Shown piece after piece: positions 17,654 to 26,346 of a DNA stretch of 64,000 nt (the stretch's first letter is position 1; each line of letters begins with the position of its first letter). Made by a program: the position numbers and the translations under genes. The notes below the pieces were generated by a model, which saw nothing but the letters and a program-made list of their open reading frames with translations, made no database searches and was not told the origin of the DNA. The stretch is from an uncultured Gammaproteobacteria bacterium (GTDB lineage: Bacteria; Patescibacteriota; Patescibacteriia; Buchananbacterales; UBA6539), in NCBI GenBank assembly GCA_964540635.1, contig CAZINP010000003.1:43892-107891 (forward strand), in the 5' to 3' direction.

Positions 17654-19099
17654 TTATTTTTGGTCTTGACCCAAAACAATTACAATGTCAACCTCGCCGT
17701 TGCCGCCCGCGGTTTTTACCCAGTCGGGCAGGGTGGTAGTGACCTCCGCCTTTAATTGCTTGGCAATCTTGCTTGCCGTCTCATCGTTTTTGTCGGTAAT
17801 TAAATTATAGACAACTGTTTTTTGATAATCTTGAGTCGGGGCATTGCCGTATTTATGTATTTTGTAGCCTTGACTTTCAAGCATGTCAGCGGTTTTAAAG
17901 GCCAGGCCCGGGATCTTTGTGCCATTTCTGACTTCAATTACTTTTGGTGTGTATTTTTGCTCAACTTCGGCGGTTTGGGCTTGAGCTTCCTGGGTGGTAT
18001 TGAAAATATTCAAAACAATTTGGCGCATCTCGTTAAAATTTCCCGATTTGGGTTGAAGCACCCAAGCGCCATCCGCGGTGGTGCCGCCGACCAAAAGTCC
18101 ATTGGGGCTGTCGTCAAAAACGTGGCGGATAATATCTTCTTCATTAATGTCTTTGCCTAAATTAAATCCGTGAAGAATTTCCCAGCCCTGGACGTTTGTC
18201 AGCAAGTGCTGGCTTAAGGTGTCCATAATGTTGGCGATTTTTACGGGGTTGGCCAGGGTGGAAAAAGCCAGGGCTTTTTCTTTTACGGTCATTAAAACTT
18301 TTTGCTGTCTTTTACTTCTGGCAAAGTCTGAGCCCTCACTGCCAACGGCATGTCGTGAGCGTACGTATTTAAGAGCAAGTTCACCGTCCATATGACGCAA
18401 GCCTTTTTCAATATGCAGATGTTCATATCTTTCCGAGGTGGTGGCGGTTTCTTTGCCGGCAACCGGATAGGCATAGTCGTCAAGCGTATTTTCAACCTCA
18501 ACATCAATTCCGGCCAAGTCATCAATTATTTTTTTAAATCCGTAAAAATCCAATCTGACGTAATAATGGATTGGTTGATTTACAACCTGGGAGACAACCT
18601 GTGCGGCAAGCTTTGGACCGGCACCGGTTTCTTGGTTTTCGCCAAAAGCATTGGCGTTATTTATTTTTCGCCAACCATAACCGGGAATTTGAACTTGCAA
18701 GTCGCGAGGAATAGAAATCAGAGCAACCTGATTGGTTGACGGTTTAAAGCTGGCCAAAATTATGGTATCGGTTAGCTGCGGTCCGTCGTGTCTGACGCCA
18801 GATTCATCAAAGCCGCCAATGCCTAAAAGCAAAACATTGATTCGGTCATCTTCTTCGCCCAAAAGTTTTTGGTCGTTTTGGCCGATTAGGTTTTTAAATT
18901 GTTCCCACAGGCTGATATTGCCAAAGCTTTTGGACAGTTTTTCGGTTGAAGAAACAACACCGACGCTATAGGAAACCGCCAAGATAATAAAAATCACCAA
19001 TAAATATAAAAATAATTTACTGATGAGCTTTTTTTTCTTTTTTGGTTGTTTGACGATTTGATCGTCTTCCTTTACGAATTCGAATTCAGTTCTGGACAT
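17654..19099 (-). CDS. LCP (LytR-CpsA-Psr) family glycopolymer transferase with LytR C-terminal domain
   Basis: TM helix, RINVLLLG, TDTIIL, ISIPRD, KINNA, YVRSRH..SDFARSKRQQ, VRNGT..GLA, DIVIVLGQD. Confidence 0.92.
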   Translation of the reverse strand: MSRTEFEFVKEDDQIVKQPKKKKKLISKLFLYLLVIFIILAVSYSVGVVSSTEKLSKSFGNISLWEQFKNLIGQNDQKLLGEEDDRINVLLLGIGGFDESGVRHDGPQLTDTIILASFKPSTNQVALISIPRDLQVQIPGYGWRKINNANAFGENQETGAGPKLAAQVVSQVVNQPIHYYVRLDFYGFKKIIDDLAGIDVEVENTLDDYAYPVAGKETATTSERYEHLHIEKGLRHMDGELALKYVRSRHAVGSEGSDFARSKRQQKVLMTVKEKALAFSTLANPVKIANIMDTLSQHLLTNVQGWEILHGFNLGKDINEEDIIRHVFDDSPNGLLVGGTTADGAWVLQPKSGNFNEMRQIVLNIFNTTQEAQAQTAEVEQKYTPKVIEVRNGTKIPGLAFKTADMLESQGYKIHKYGNAPTQDYQKTVVYNLITDKNDETASKIAKQLKAEVTTTLPDWVKTAGGNGEVDIVIVLGQDQK

Positions 19100-19170
19100 A
19101 AAAATTTTGTTTTAAGACATATAAATTTTGCCATAAAAAAACTATTTTGGCAAACGGCGAATAAAGGCTT

Positions 19171-19199
19171 ATTATAAAATTTTTTAATATATTTGTCAA
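19171..19199 (-). promoter_or_regulatory. Consensus promoter of the LCP-der-acyltransferase-pth run
   Basis: Minus-strand TTGACA-17-TATAAT. Confidence 0.75.
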
Positions 19200-19332
19200 T
19201 GATATTTTTTAAATTCTCCTTTATTTTGCCGTCTTGAAATATGCGGCTGTTTCTGTTATTCTTTAATAAGCATTTTACGTTTTTTGAACCTGCCGTTTGG
19301 TAGGTATTTAGATTTATCATTGACTCTTTGGC

Positions 19333-19409
19333 GGGTCTGTAGCTCAGTTGGTTAGAGCGCTGCATTCACATTGCAGAAGTCAGAGGTTCGAGTCCTCTCA
19401 GGCCCACCA
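19333..19409 (+). tRNA. tRNA-Val(CAC)
   Basis: gggtctg/caggccc acceptor, ctgca-ttCACat-tgcag, TTCGAGT loop, CCA. Confidence 0.95.
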
Positions 19410-19446
19410 TTTATTTATAAGAAGGTTTTTTGCGATAAATAGTTTT

Positions 19447-20175
19447 ATGTTAAAAATTGGACATCGTGGCGCCAAAGCTTATGCGCCGGAAAATACAATT
19501 GCCTCTTTCAAAAAAGCGTTAGAATTGGGCGTTGATATGGTGGAATTTGATATTCGCCTGACAAAGGATTTTCATCCGGTTGTAATTCACGATTCGCAAT
19601 TGACGCGTTTAGCGAAGAAAGCTAAAAGAATCAGCCATATAAATCTTGATGAACTTAAAAGTTTGCGCATAAAGGGAGAAGAAGAAATCCCAACCTTGGT
19701 TGAAGTTTTGGAAGTGATTGGCAATAAAATCGCGCTTGATATTGATATAAAAGTAAAAGGCGCCGCCCAGCCTGTCATTCAAACTTTACGCGACAATGGA
19801 ATTGATTTTAGCAATGTGATGATCTCCTCCAATTATGCCGGTGAGTTAAGGATGGCTGAGCAGATGGAGCCGGAGATAACGACAGCTTTAATTTTTCGTT
19901 CCGCCTTTCATTATTATTCATTTTGGCTGTTTATGGATTTTTTAGCGGTCCTCTTTTTGCCGATTACGAAATATTACATAAGTTGGCTGGTTAAGCGCGC
20001 CAATGCCGATTATTTGGTGATTAATCATCATTTGTTAAACAAGAAAAAGGTGGAATGTTTTAAGAAGAATGGCATTAGGATTTGTGCTTGGACGGTTAAT
20101 AACGTTAAAAAAATTAATTATTTAAAAAGCCTCGGCGTCGATGGCATCATAACTAATTATCCTGATCGTTTATGA
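19447..20175 (+). CDS. Glycerophosphodiester phosphodiesterase
   Basis: KIGHRGA...PENT..SF, VEFDI.LTKD..PVVIHD, AWTVN, GVDGIITNYPD; likely start 19447 because the ORF-track start overlaps the tRNA. Confidence 0.92.
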   Translation: MLKIGHRGAKAYAPENTIASFKKALELGVDMVEFDIRLTKDFHPVVIHDSQLTRLAKKAKRISHINLDELKSLRIKGEEEIPTLVEVLEVIGNKIALDIDIKVKGAAQPVIQTLRDNGIDFSNVMISSNYAGELRMAEQMEPEITTALIFRSAFHYYSFWLFMDFLAVLFLPITKYYISWLVKRANADYLVINHHLLNKKKVECFKKNGIRICAWTVNNVKKINYLKSLGVDGIITNYPDRL

Positions 20176-20786
20176 TTTTTTTCAAAAAACAAAAAGAACA
20201 AACATTGGCAGGGGGTGAACTGTCTTTTGGCAAGCAAGCCATAATTTTTGTCTGGGAGCTGGTTAAAGTGGTGGTAATTTCCATGGCAATAATAATTCCC
20301 GTCAGATATTATTTAATTAAACCTTTTTATGTGATTGGTTCTTCAATGGAACCGAATTTTGAAAATCATGAATATTTAATTATTGATGAGATTAGTTATC
20401 GTTTTGCTTTACCGCAACGAGGCGATACGGTGGTAATTCATAATCCCTTTAAGTCGGGAGAATATTTTATTAAAAGAGCCATTGGTTTGCCGGGAGAAAA
20501 GATTAAAATCACCGGCGGACATGTCTATATTTATAATACTCAGTATCCGGACGGCGAAAAATTAGTTGAGCCTTATCTTGATCCTGAACTCAAAACTTTA
20601 GGCGAAATTGAGGTGACCCTAAAAGATGATGAATATTATGTATTGGGCGATAACCGAACCGCCAGCTTGGACTCCAGAGTTTTTGGGCCGATTAAAAAAA
20701 CCGGCATCATCGGCCGAACTTTATTGCGCGGCTATCCCTTAAACAGATTTGGTTTGGTAAACGATAAAGTTGATTATAATTTTTAG
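20172..20786 (+). CDS. lepB: Signal peptidase I
   Basis: GSSMEPN (catalytic Ser), RGD.VV, FIKR.IGLPGE (Lys), GDNR..SLDSR.FG. Confidence 0.95.
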   Translation: MIFFKKQKEQTLAGGELSFGKQAIIFVWELVKVVVISMAIIIPVRYYLIKPFYVIGSSMEPNFENHEYLIIDEISYRFALPQRGDTVVIHNPFKSGEYFIKRAIGLPGEKIKITGGHVYIYNTQYPDGEKLVEPYLDPELKTLGEIEVTLKDDEYYVLGDNRTASLDSRVFGPIKKTGIIGRTLLRGYPLNRFGLVNDKVDYNF

Positions 20787-20825
20787 TTTTAGATAAATTT
20801 ATTTCATTTTTAACAAGATAAACAT

Positions 20826-22154
20826 ATGCCGAAAGAAAAAAAAGAAAAAAAACAGGCCGTGCCTAAAACTTCCCAGCTTTTGCGGGGGTTTAAAGATATT
20901 TTGCCGGCCGAACAGCCTTATTGGCGTTATTTGTACCGCACTGCCGAAGAGTTTGCCCTTGCTTATGGGTTTGAAAAAATTGACCCGCCGATTTTAGAAG
21001 AAGTCGGTTTGTTTGTTCGTTCTATTGGTAAAGGAACAGACATTGTTGAAAAGGAAATGTTTTCTTTTGCCGATCAAGGCGAGGGAGTAGTGGTGATGCG
21101 TCCGGAAGCGACCGCTTCAATTGCCAGGGCATATGTAAATCACGGTATGGCTAATTTGCCTCAGCCGGTTAAACTTTGGTATTGGGGTCAAATGTTTAGA
21201 AGAGAAAGACCTCAGTCTGGTCGTCAGCGCCAGTTTCATCAGTATGGCTTTGAAGTTTTGGGCGAAAACGATCCGGTTATTGACGCACAAGTGATTGCCA
21301 TGACTTATAATTTTTATAATCAAATCGGTCTTGACGGCGTTAGTATCCAAGTTAACAGCATCGGCTGTCCCGATTGTCGAAAAGTTTATTTGCAGGAATT
21401 GGTGAAATATTTTAAATCAAAAAGAAAGATGTTATGCGAAGATTGCAAAAAGCGTTTACTGAAAAACCCTTTGAGATTGCTTGATTGTAAAAAACCGACT
21501 TGTCAGTTTGTTAAAAATGAAGCGCCCCAGATTGTTGATTGGCTCGATGAAACTTGCCGCAACCACTTTATGAAAGTGGTTGAATACTTGGACGAAATGC
21601 ATATTTCTTATAAATTAAACCCGTTTTTGGTTCGCGGCTTGGATTATTACACCAATACGGTTTTTGAAGTTTGGCCAAAAGAAGAAAAAGAAGGTGCGCA
21701 AAGCGCTTTGTGCGGTGGCGGCAGATATAACGGTTTGGTGGAATTGGTTGGCGGCAAGCCAACGCCGGCTGTGGGCGTGGCAATTGGCATTGAACGTATT
21801 ATTACCCAAATGCGATCTCACGAAATTGTTCCACCCCAGGCACCAGCCCCTGATATTTTTCTTTGCCAGATTGGCGACCAAGCAAAAGTTAAAGCCATGC
21901 GCCTTTTTGAGCAATTGCGCCGAGAAAAAATTGTTTGCGCCGAATCGTTTTCAAAGGATAGCCTTAAGGCGCAGCTGGAAGTGGCAAATAAATTAAAAGT
22001 CAAATACGCTTTAATTCTCGGTCAAAAAGAGGTAATGGACGGAACCATACTGATTAGGGATATGGAAAGCGGGGTTCAGGAAATTATTGATTTTAACAAG
22101 ACAGTCAATGAAATGAAAAAGAAACTTATTCCCGTTTCAGCAACAAAGGATTAA
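20826..22154 (+). CDS. hisS: Histidyl-tRNA synthetase
   Basis: RGFKDILP, DIVEKEMF, RPEATAS, FRRERPQSGRQRQFHQ, LVRGLDYY, GGGRYNGL. Confidence 0.97.
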   Translation: MPKEKKEKKQAVPKTSQLLRGFKDILPAEQPYWRYLYRTAEEFALAYGFEKIDPPILEEVGLFVRSIGKGTDIVEKEMFSFADQGEGVVVMRPEATASIARAYVNHGMANLPQPVKLWYWGQMFRRERPQSGRQRQFHQYGFEVLGENDPVIDAQVIAMTYNFYNQIGLDGVSIQVNSIGCPDCRKVYLQELVKYFKSKRKMLCEDCKKRLLKNPLRLLDCKKPTCQFVKNEAPQIVDWLDETCRNHFMKVVEYLDEMHISYKLNPFLVRGLDYYTNTVFEVWPKEEKEGAQSALCGGGRYNGLVELVGGKPTPAVGVAIGIERIITQMRSHEIVPPQAPAPDIFLCQIGDQAKVKAMRLFEQLRREKIVCAESFSKDSLKAQLEVANKLKVKYALILGQKEVMDGTILIRDMESGVQEIIDFNKTVNEMKKKLIPVSATKD

Positions 22155-22181
22155 TCTACACAAAAATAACTTAAATTTTTT

Positions 22182-22213
22182 TAGTGCCGACAAAAGTCGG
22201 CACTATTTTTTTT
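22182..22213 (+). terminator. Intrinsic terminator of hisS
   Basis: tagtgccgac-aaaa-gtcggcacta-T8. Confidence 0.85.
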
Positions 22214-22308
22214 GATTTATTTTTAATTTTTCATTGTAATAATAATTATATTTTGACGTTTGACATTGATATGATAAAATGTTATTGTATAGTTAACCTT
22301 AAAAATTA

Positions 22309-22333
22309 ATTTTCACCGTAAGGAGGTGAGAAT
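22309..22333 (+). promoter_or_regulatory. Extended Shine-Dalgarno of rpsU, partly sequestered in a hairpin
   Basis: TAAGGAGGTGA at 22319-22329; attttcacc (22309-17) pairs with ggtgagaat (22325-33). Confidence 0.8.
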
Positions 22334-22336
22334 ATT

Positions 22337-22579
22337 GTGTCAGAAGTAAAACGAAAGAAAAGCGAGACTTTTGAAAGTCTTTTGCGCCGATTTCACAAGA
22401 AACTGCAGCAAAGCGGTCGTTTGATTCAAACGAGAAAAATCCGTTTTCACACTCAGGCCAAGAATCGCAACGCGGTTAAAAAAGAAGCCTTGAGACGCAA
22501 AGAAATTGGCGAAAAACGCGAATATTTGAAGAAAATCGGCAAATTGAAAGACGAATTTTCTCCAAACAGATATCGTTAA
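22337..22579 (+). CDS. rpsU: 30S ribosomal protein bS21
   Basis: EVKRK..E.FESLLRRF.K..QQSG...RK.RF; basic 80-aa protein directly upstream of yqeY; GTG start. Confidence 0.85.
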   Translation: MSEVKRKKSETFESLLRRFHKKLQQSGRLIQTRKIRFHTQAKNRNAVKKEALRRKEIGEKREYLKKIGKLKDEFSPNRYR

Positions 22580-22643
22580 TCTTTACCTGATCTCGACTGT
22601 GCCTGTCTAAAGGTGCAGTCGAGAAATAAGGTTTAAAACAAAA

Positions 22644-23093
22644 ATGGATATCATCAATAAATTAGAAAACGATTATACCCAGGCGTTTAAGAATAAAAAC
22701 GAGCTGGTTATTTTAGTTTTAAGGGGATTAAAAACCGCGATTACAAATGCGGAAATTGCTAAAAATCGCGAGGCTTTAACCGAATTGGAGATAATCAAAT
22801 TATTCAAAACTGAAGTAAAGAGACGAAAAGACGCGATTTTAATGTATGAAAAGGGTGGTCGCCAGGATTTGGCCGATAAAGAAAGACAGGAAGTTGAAAT
22901 TATTAGTCAATATTTGCCGGCTGAGTTGGGCGAAGATGAAATTAAGAAAAAAGTTATTGAAGTTATTGAAAAAACCGGCGCCAAAACACCCGCAGAAGCC
23001 GGAAAAGTTATCGGTGCGGTTGTTAAAGAGCTGGGCGGCAATGCCGATGGTGGTGTTGTTGGTCAAATAGTCAGATCCGAGCTTTCAAAATAG
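22644..23093 (+). CDS. yqeY: GatB/YqeY domain protein
   Basis: LRGLK.AI.N.EI, EVKRRKDAI..YEKGGRQDLADKE, YLP..L, ADG..V. Confidence 0.92.
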   Translation: MDIINKLENDYTQAFKNKNELVILVLRGLKTAITNAEIAKNREALTELEIIKLFKTEVKRRKDAILMYEKGGRQDLADKERQEVEIISQYLPAELGEDEIKKKVIEVIEKTGAKTPAEAGKVIGAVVKELGGNADGGVVGQIVRSELSK

Positions 23094-23185
23094 TTTTGCC
23101 GTTCAGAACGGTTATATAAAAGGAGCATAGGGAACGAGTGAATTATATTCATTATATTTTTTACCAAAAATAAAACATAAACTTT

Positions 23186-26100
23186 ATGTATAACTTTCAA
23201 AAAGGTTTTTGTTCCCCATTAAGAAATAAAAGGTCTAGAATCGCCCTGATTGTTTTCAGTATGGCGGTTTTATTTTTAGCCGGAATCGCCCCGGCTCTTG
23301 CTACGGACTATGGTTTAAGCTATGGCACTTATTTGGGCTTTGGGACCCAAGACTTGCGGGTTACCATCATGAATATTGTCCGGATATTTTTGGGTTTTTT
23401 GGGTATTATTGCCTTGCTTTTGGTAATTTATGCCGGTTGGCTTTGGATGAGTTCGGCGGGCAATGAAGAAAAAATTACTCAGGCCAAAAATATTTTAAGA
23501 AATACTTTGATTGGTTTGGCAATAATTATGTCAGCCTTTGCCATTGTCAGCTTTATCATTGTCATGCTTACCGGCGGCCTTGGCGGCAACGGCACGATTC
23601 CGGATGTTAACCCGCCGCCATCTGGCTGTGAAAACTGCGGCTACTTGGGGACAGGCATAATTGAAAGTGTTTACCCGGCCCCGATGTCAACTGATAATGA
23701 TCGCGATACAGCTATTATTGTTACCTTTAAAGAAGAAATCAGCCCGGATTCAGTTATTAATGGTGTATCCGCATCGGCTGTTTGCGGCGGTAATCCAAAT
23801 CCGTGCGCCGGCACTCTTAGGGAAATAAGTGGCGAGCCGGTTGTTAAGATATTTAAGCGCGCTGAAACTGAATCCGCTTTTATTCCGACGATTAACGTCA
23901 ATGTTGTTACGGTTGATAAAAAAACTTATCAATTTATCCCGCCGGTTCTAGGTGATTCAGTCAGTAAGAATTGGTATACCGTAAAGTTAACCAATGCCAT
24001 TAGCAAGGCTTCTGACGGCAGCAGTGCTTTTCCCGGTGTTAATAGTTATTTTTCATGGGATTTTGAAGTTGGCACGAAACTTGATGTTTTACCCCCAAAG
24101 ATTACCAGCGTTTTTCCTTATCCTGATAATAATGTTGATGATTATACGCCGGTGGCCGGCCAAAAAGCTCAAGGTTCTGTGGTTGTTGTTTCTCAGCCAA
24201 AAGTTAGTCGCGAACCAAGTGCAACTTTGAGTGTTATTGTTGGGGATACAGATATTGAGCTTAATGGTGTATACAATGGGACTTATGAGGGTACGGCAAC
24301 ATACACTGTTGGTCCAGACAGAACAACTGTTGGGGTTGTCTATAGTCCCACTCTAACCAATGGCGCCGCCTCATTTCCAATTGATAATATGAGAATCACT
24401 TTAGGCGTAGGTGTTAATGTTGTTTTTCAGGAAGACACCTTTGCCGCCGGCGATCAGTTTAGCATTTCTTTTGTGCCAAATACCGAAGCGGATGTTTTGC
24501 AGATTTCAAATAAAATATACAGATTTGTTTCCGGCACGCCCACGGGTGATCAAATTCAGGTTGGTTCAAATATTAATAATACGGCGGCCAATATTGCCAC
24601 CAAAATTCAAAGTGACGGCCAAGCGCCAAAGGTTAATGCCACGGCTTCAGGCGCGACGGTTAGCCTAACGGCTGATGTAGCCGGTTCGGCGGGTAATTAT
24701 ATTAATGTAGCCGGTTCCGGTACTTGGGCTACTATTACCAACTTTGGCGGCGGTGCTAATCAAACAACAAGCGCCGAATGCTCTGGTGCTTGCGATCAAC
24801 CGCGCAATTCGGTAATTAGGCTTGATTTCAGCGAAGGGATTATGCCTTCGGTTGCTTCCGGCAAAAATACAATTACCCAGGAGACAGGCTCGCCAACCGG
24901 TGTTGGTTCCGGACCAAGTTTTAATTATGTTACCGTGCAAGCTGATATAAATAATGACGGCACTTTTTCGTCTAACGAATATATTTCAGGTACATTTACC
25001 CAGAGTAATCAATATAAAACCGTTGAGTTTCTTTCTTTGCAGCCTTGTGCATCTGAGACTAGTGTTGTCACCAATTCTTGCGGTGACCCGATTTATTGTT
25101 TGCCAATCAGACCAAACGCTGACGCTACTCGCTATCGCGTGACCGTAAAGGCTTCATCGCTAAAAGGTTGTACGAATTCAAATGAGTGTTTGGGCTTAAA
25201 ATATGAAAGCGGCGAATTAACCGAAACCTGCACCACCATTCCAAAAGATAAGCAAAACCCCGCAACTACTGACAGGGCTTGCGGTAATAGTAACGGAATA
25301 TTCTATCCTAAAGCGGCAACCGCAATTGATGGTATCGCTGATTTGGCAAGTAATTCATTTGATGGTAATGGTAATGGTTTTTCTCAAGGAACCTTGACTC
25401 AAAGCTTGAGCTGGGCTTTTGCCTTGCATTTGCCAAACGTTACCCAGCGCTGTGATTTGCAGTCTTTGGCGCCGACAAATCCGGCAACAACGGGCCAGGT
25501 CGGTACTAACTGTACCGGCGATCCGGCAATTTGCATTGACGGTACCTGCCGTGATTTGGGCGATGATTTAATTTTTGATTTCTGGATTTCGAGCCGCATC
25601 GATTCCGGTTCGCCGGTAATCATAAAAGTAAATCCATCGGTGCAAGGTTCGGGTTCAAGTTTATTAAGTCCAATTTCTAGCTACTTTAATAAATTATTAA
25701 TGAGCAGCACGGTTAAATCCGGCACAGGCTATAAAGATGGTCGCTGTACTTGTACGGCTGATATTGATTGTGCGGATGCGGATCAAAAGTGTTTACCGGC
25801 CAACGGCACAGTTAAATATTGCGTAAACGTTAATAATCCTCAGATTTATTGTGCGGCCACAAATGAATGCAAAAAGACCGGTACTACTCAGGGATTTTCT
25901 CCGGCTTGTGAAACCAAGGAATACATTACGCTTGTTAACCCTACAACAATCGGTGTTGGTTGGTGGTTAAGCAATATTGGTCAAGATATTAGAATGTGTC
26001 TAAACGAAAGCAATAAATATAAAGAATGCACCGGCAATTCAGATTGCAACCCGGGTGGCGTTTGCTCTCAGGCCGACAGCTATTTTGACCGAAATTTAAT

Positions 26101-26329
26101 CCAGATAAATCACACCCGTTTTGCCGAATCAACCCAGTATGGTGCCAAGGTCGCATCGGGCGTTAAAGATATTTATCAGAATTGTTATATTCCCGGCAAA
26201 GGTCCGCAAGTGGAAAACTGTAATTATCCATATGGCACTAGTAATGGTTGTTGCGCGGTTACGGCTACAGGTGCCAATCCTCAACCGTTTTGCTGCAATG
26301 GTAATCCTCAAGACACACCTTGCAATTAG
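23186..26329 (+). CDS. Pilin-headed surface protein: VirB2/TrbC-like pilin N-terminus + SbsA/Big_5-type Ig domains + Cys-rich modules (1047 aa)
   Basis: Signal peptide ..PALA, pilin-like hairpin (IYAGWLWMSSAGNEEKI..AK.IL.N..IGL.II..AFAIV), SVYPAP..AIIVTFKE and YFSWDFEVG Ig repeats, many Cys. Confidence 0.75.
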   Translation: MYNFQKGFCSPLRNKRSRIALIVFSMAVLFLAGIAPALATDYGLSYGTYLGFGTQDLRVTIMNIVRIFLGFLGIIALLLVIYAGWLWMSSAGNEEKITQAKNILRNTLIGLAIIMSAFAIVSFIIVMLTGGLGGNGTIPDVNPPPSGCENCGYLGTGIIESVYPAPMSTDNDRDTAIIVTFKEEISPDSVINGVSASAVCGGNPNPCAGTLREISGEPVVKIFKRAETESAFIPTINVNVVTVDKKTYQFIPPVLGDSVSKNWYTVKLTNAISKASDGSSAFPGVNSYFSWDFEVGTKLDVLPPKITSVFPYPDNNVDDYTPVAGQKAQGSVVVVSQPKVSREPSATLSVIVGDTDIELNGVYNGTYEGTATYTVGPDRTTVGVVYSPTLTNGAASFPIDNMRITLGVGVNVVFQEDTFAAGDQFSISFVPNTEADVLQISNKIYRFVSGTPTGDQIQVGSNINNTAANIATKIQSDGQAPKVNATASGATVSLTADVAGSAGNYINVAGSGTWATITNFGGGANQTTSAECSGACDQPRNSVIRLDFSEGIMPSVASGKNTITQETGSPTGVGSGPSFNYVTVQADINNDGTFSSNEYISGTFTQSNQYKTVEFLSLQPCASETSVVTNSCGDPIYCLPIRPNADATRYRVTVKASSLKGCTNSNECLGLKYESGELTETCTTIPKDKQNPATTDRACGNSNGIFYPKAATAIDGIADLASNSFDGNGNGFSQGTLTQSLSWAFALHLPNVTQRCDLQSLAPTNPATTGQVGTNCTGDPAICIDGTCRDLGDDLIFDFWISSRIDSGSPVIIKVNPSVQGSGSSLLSPISSYFNKLLMSSTVKSGTGYKDGRCTCTADIDCADADQKCLPANGTVKYCVNVNNPQIYCAATNECKKTGTTQGFSPACETKEYITLVNPTTIGVGWWLSNIGQDIRMCLNESNKYKECTGNSDCNPGGVCSQADSYFDRNLIQINHTRFAESTQYGAKVASGVKDIYQNCYIPGKGPQVENCNYPYGTSNGCCAVTATGANPQPFCCNGNPQDTPCN

Positions 26330-26346
26330 TTTTAGCTTAAATAAGA

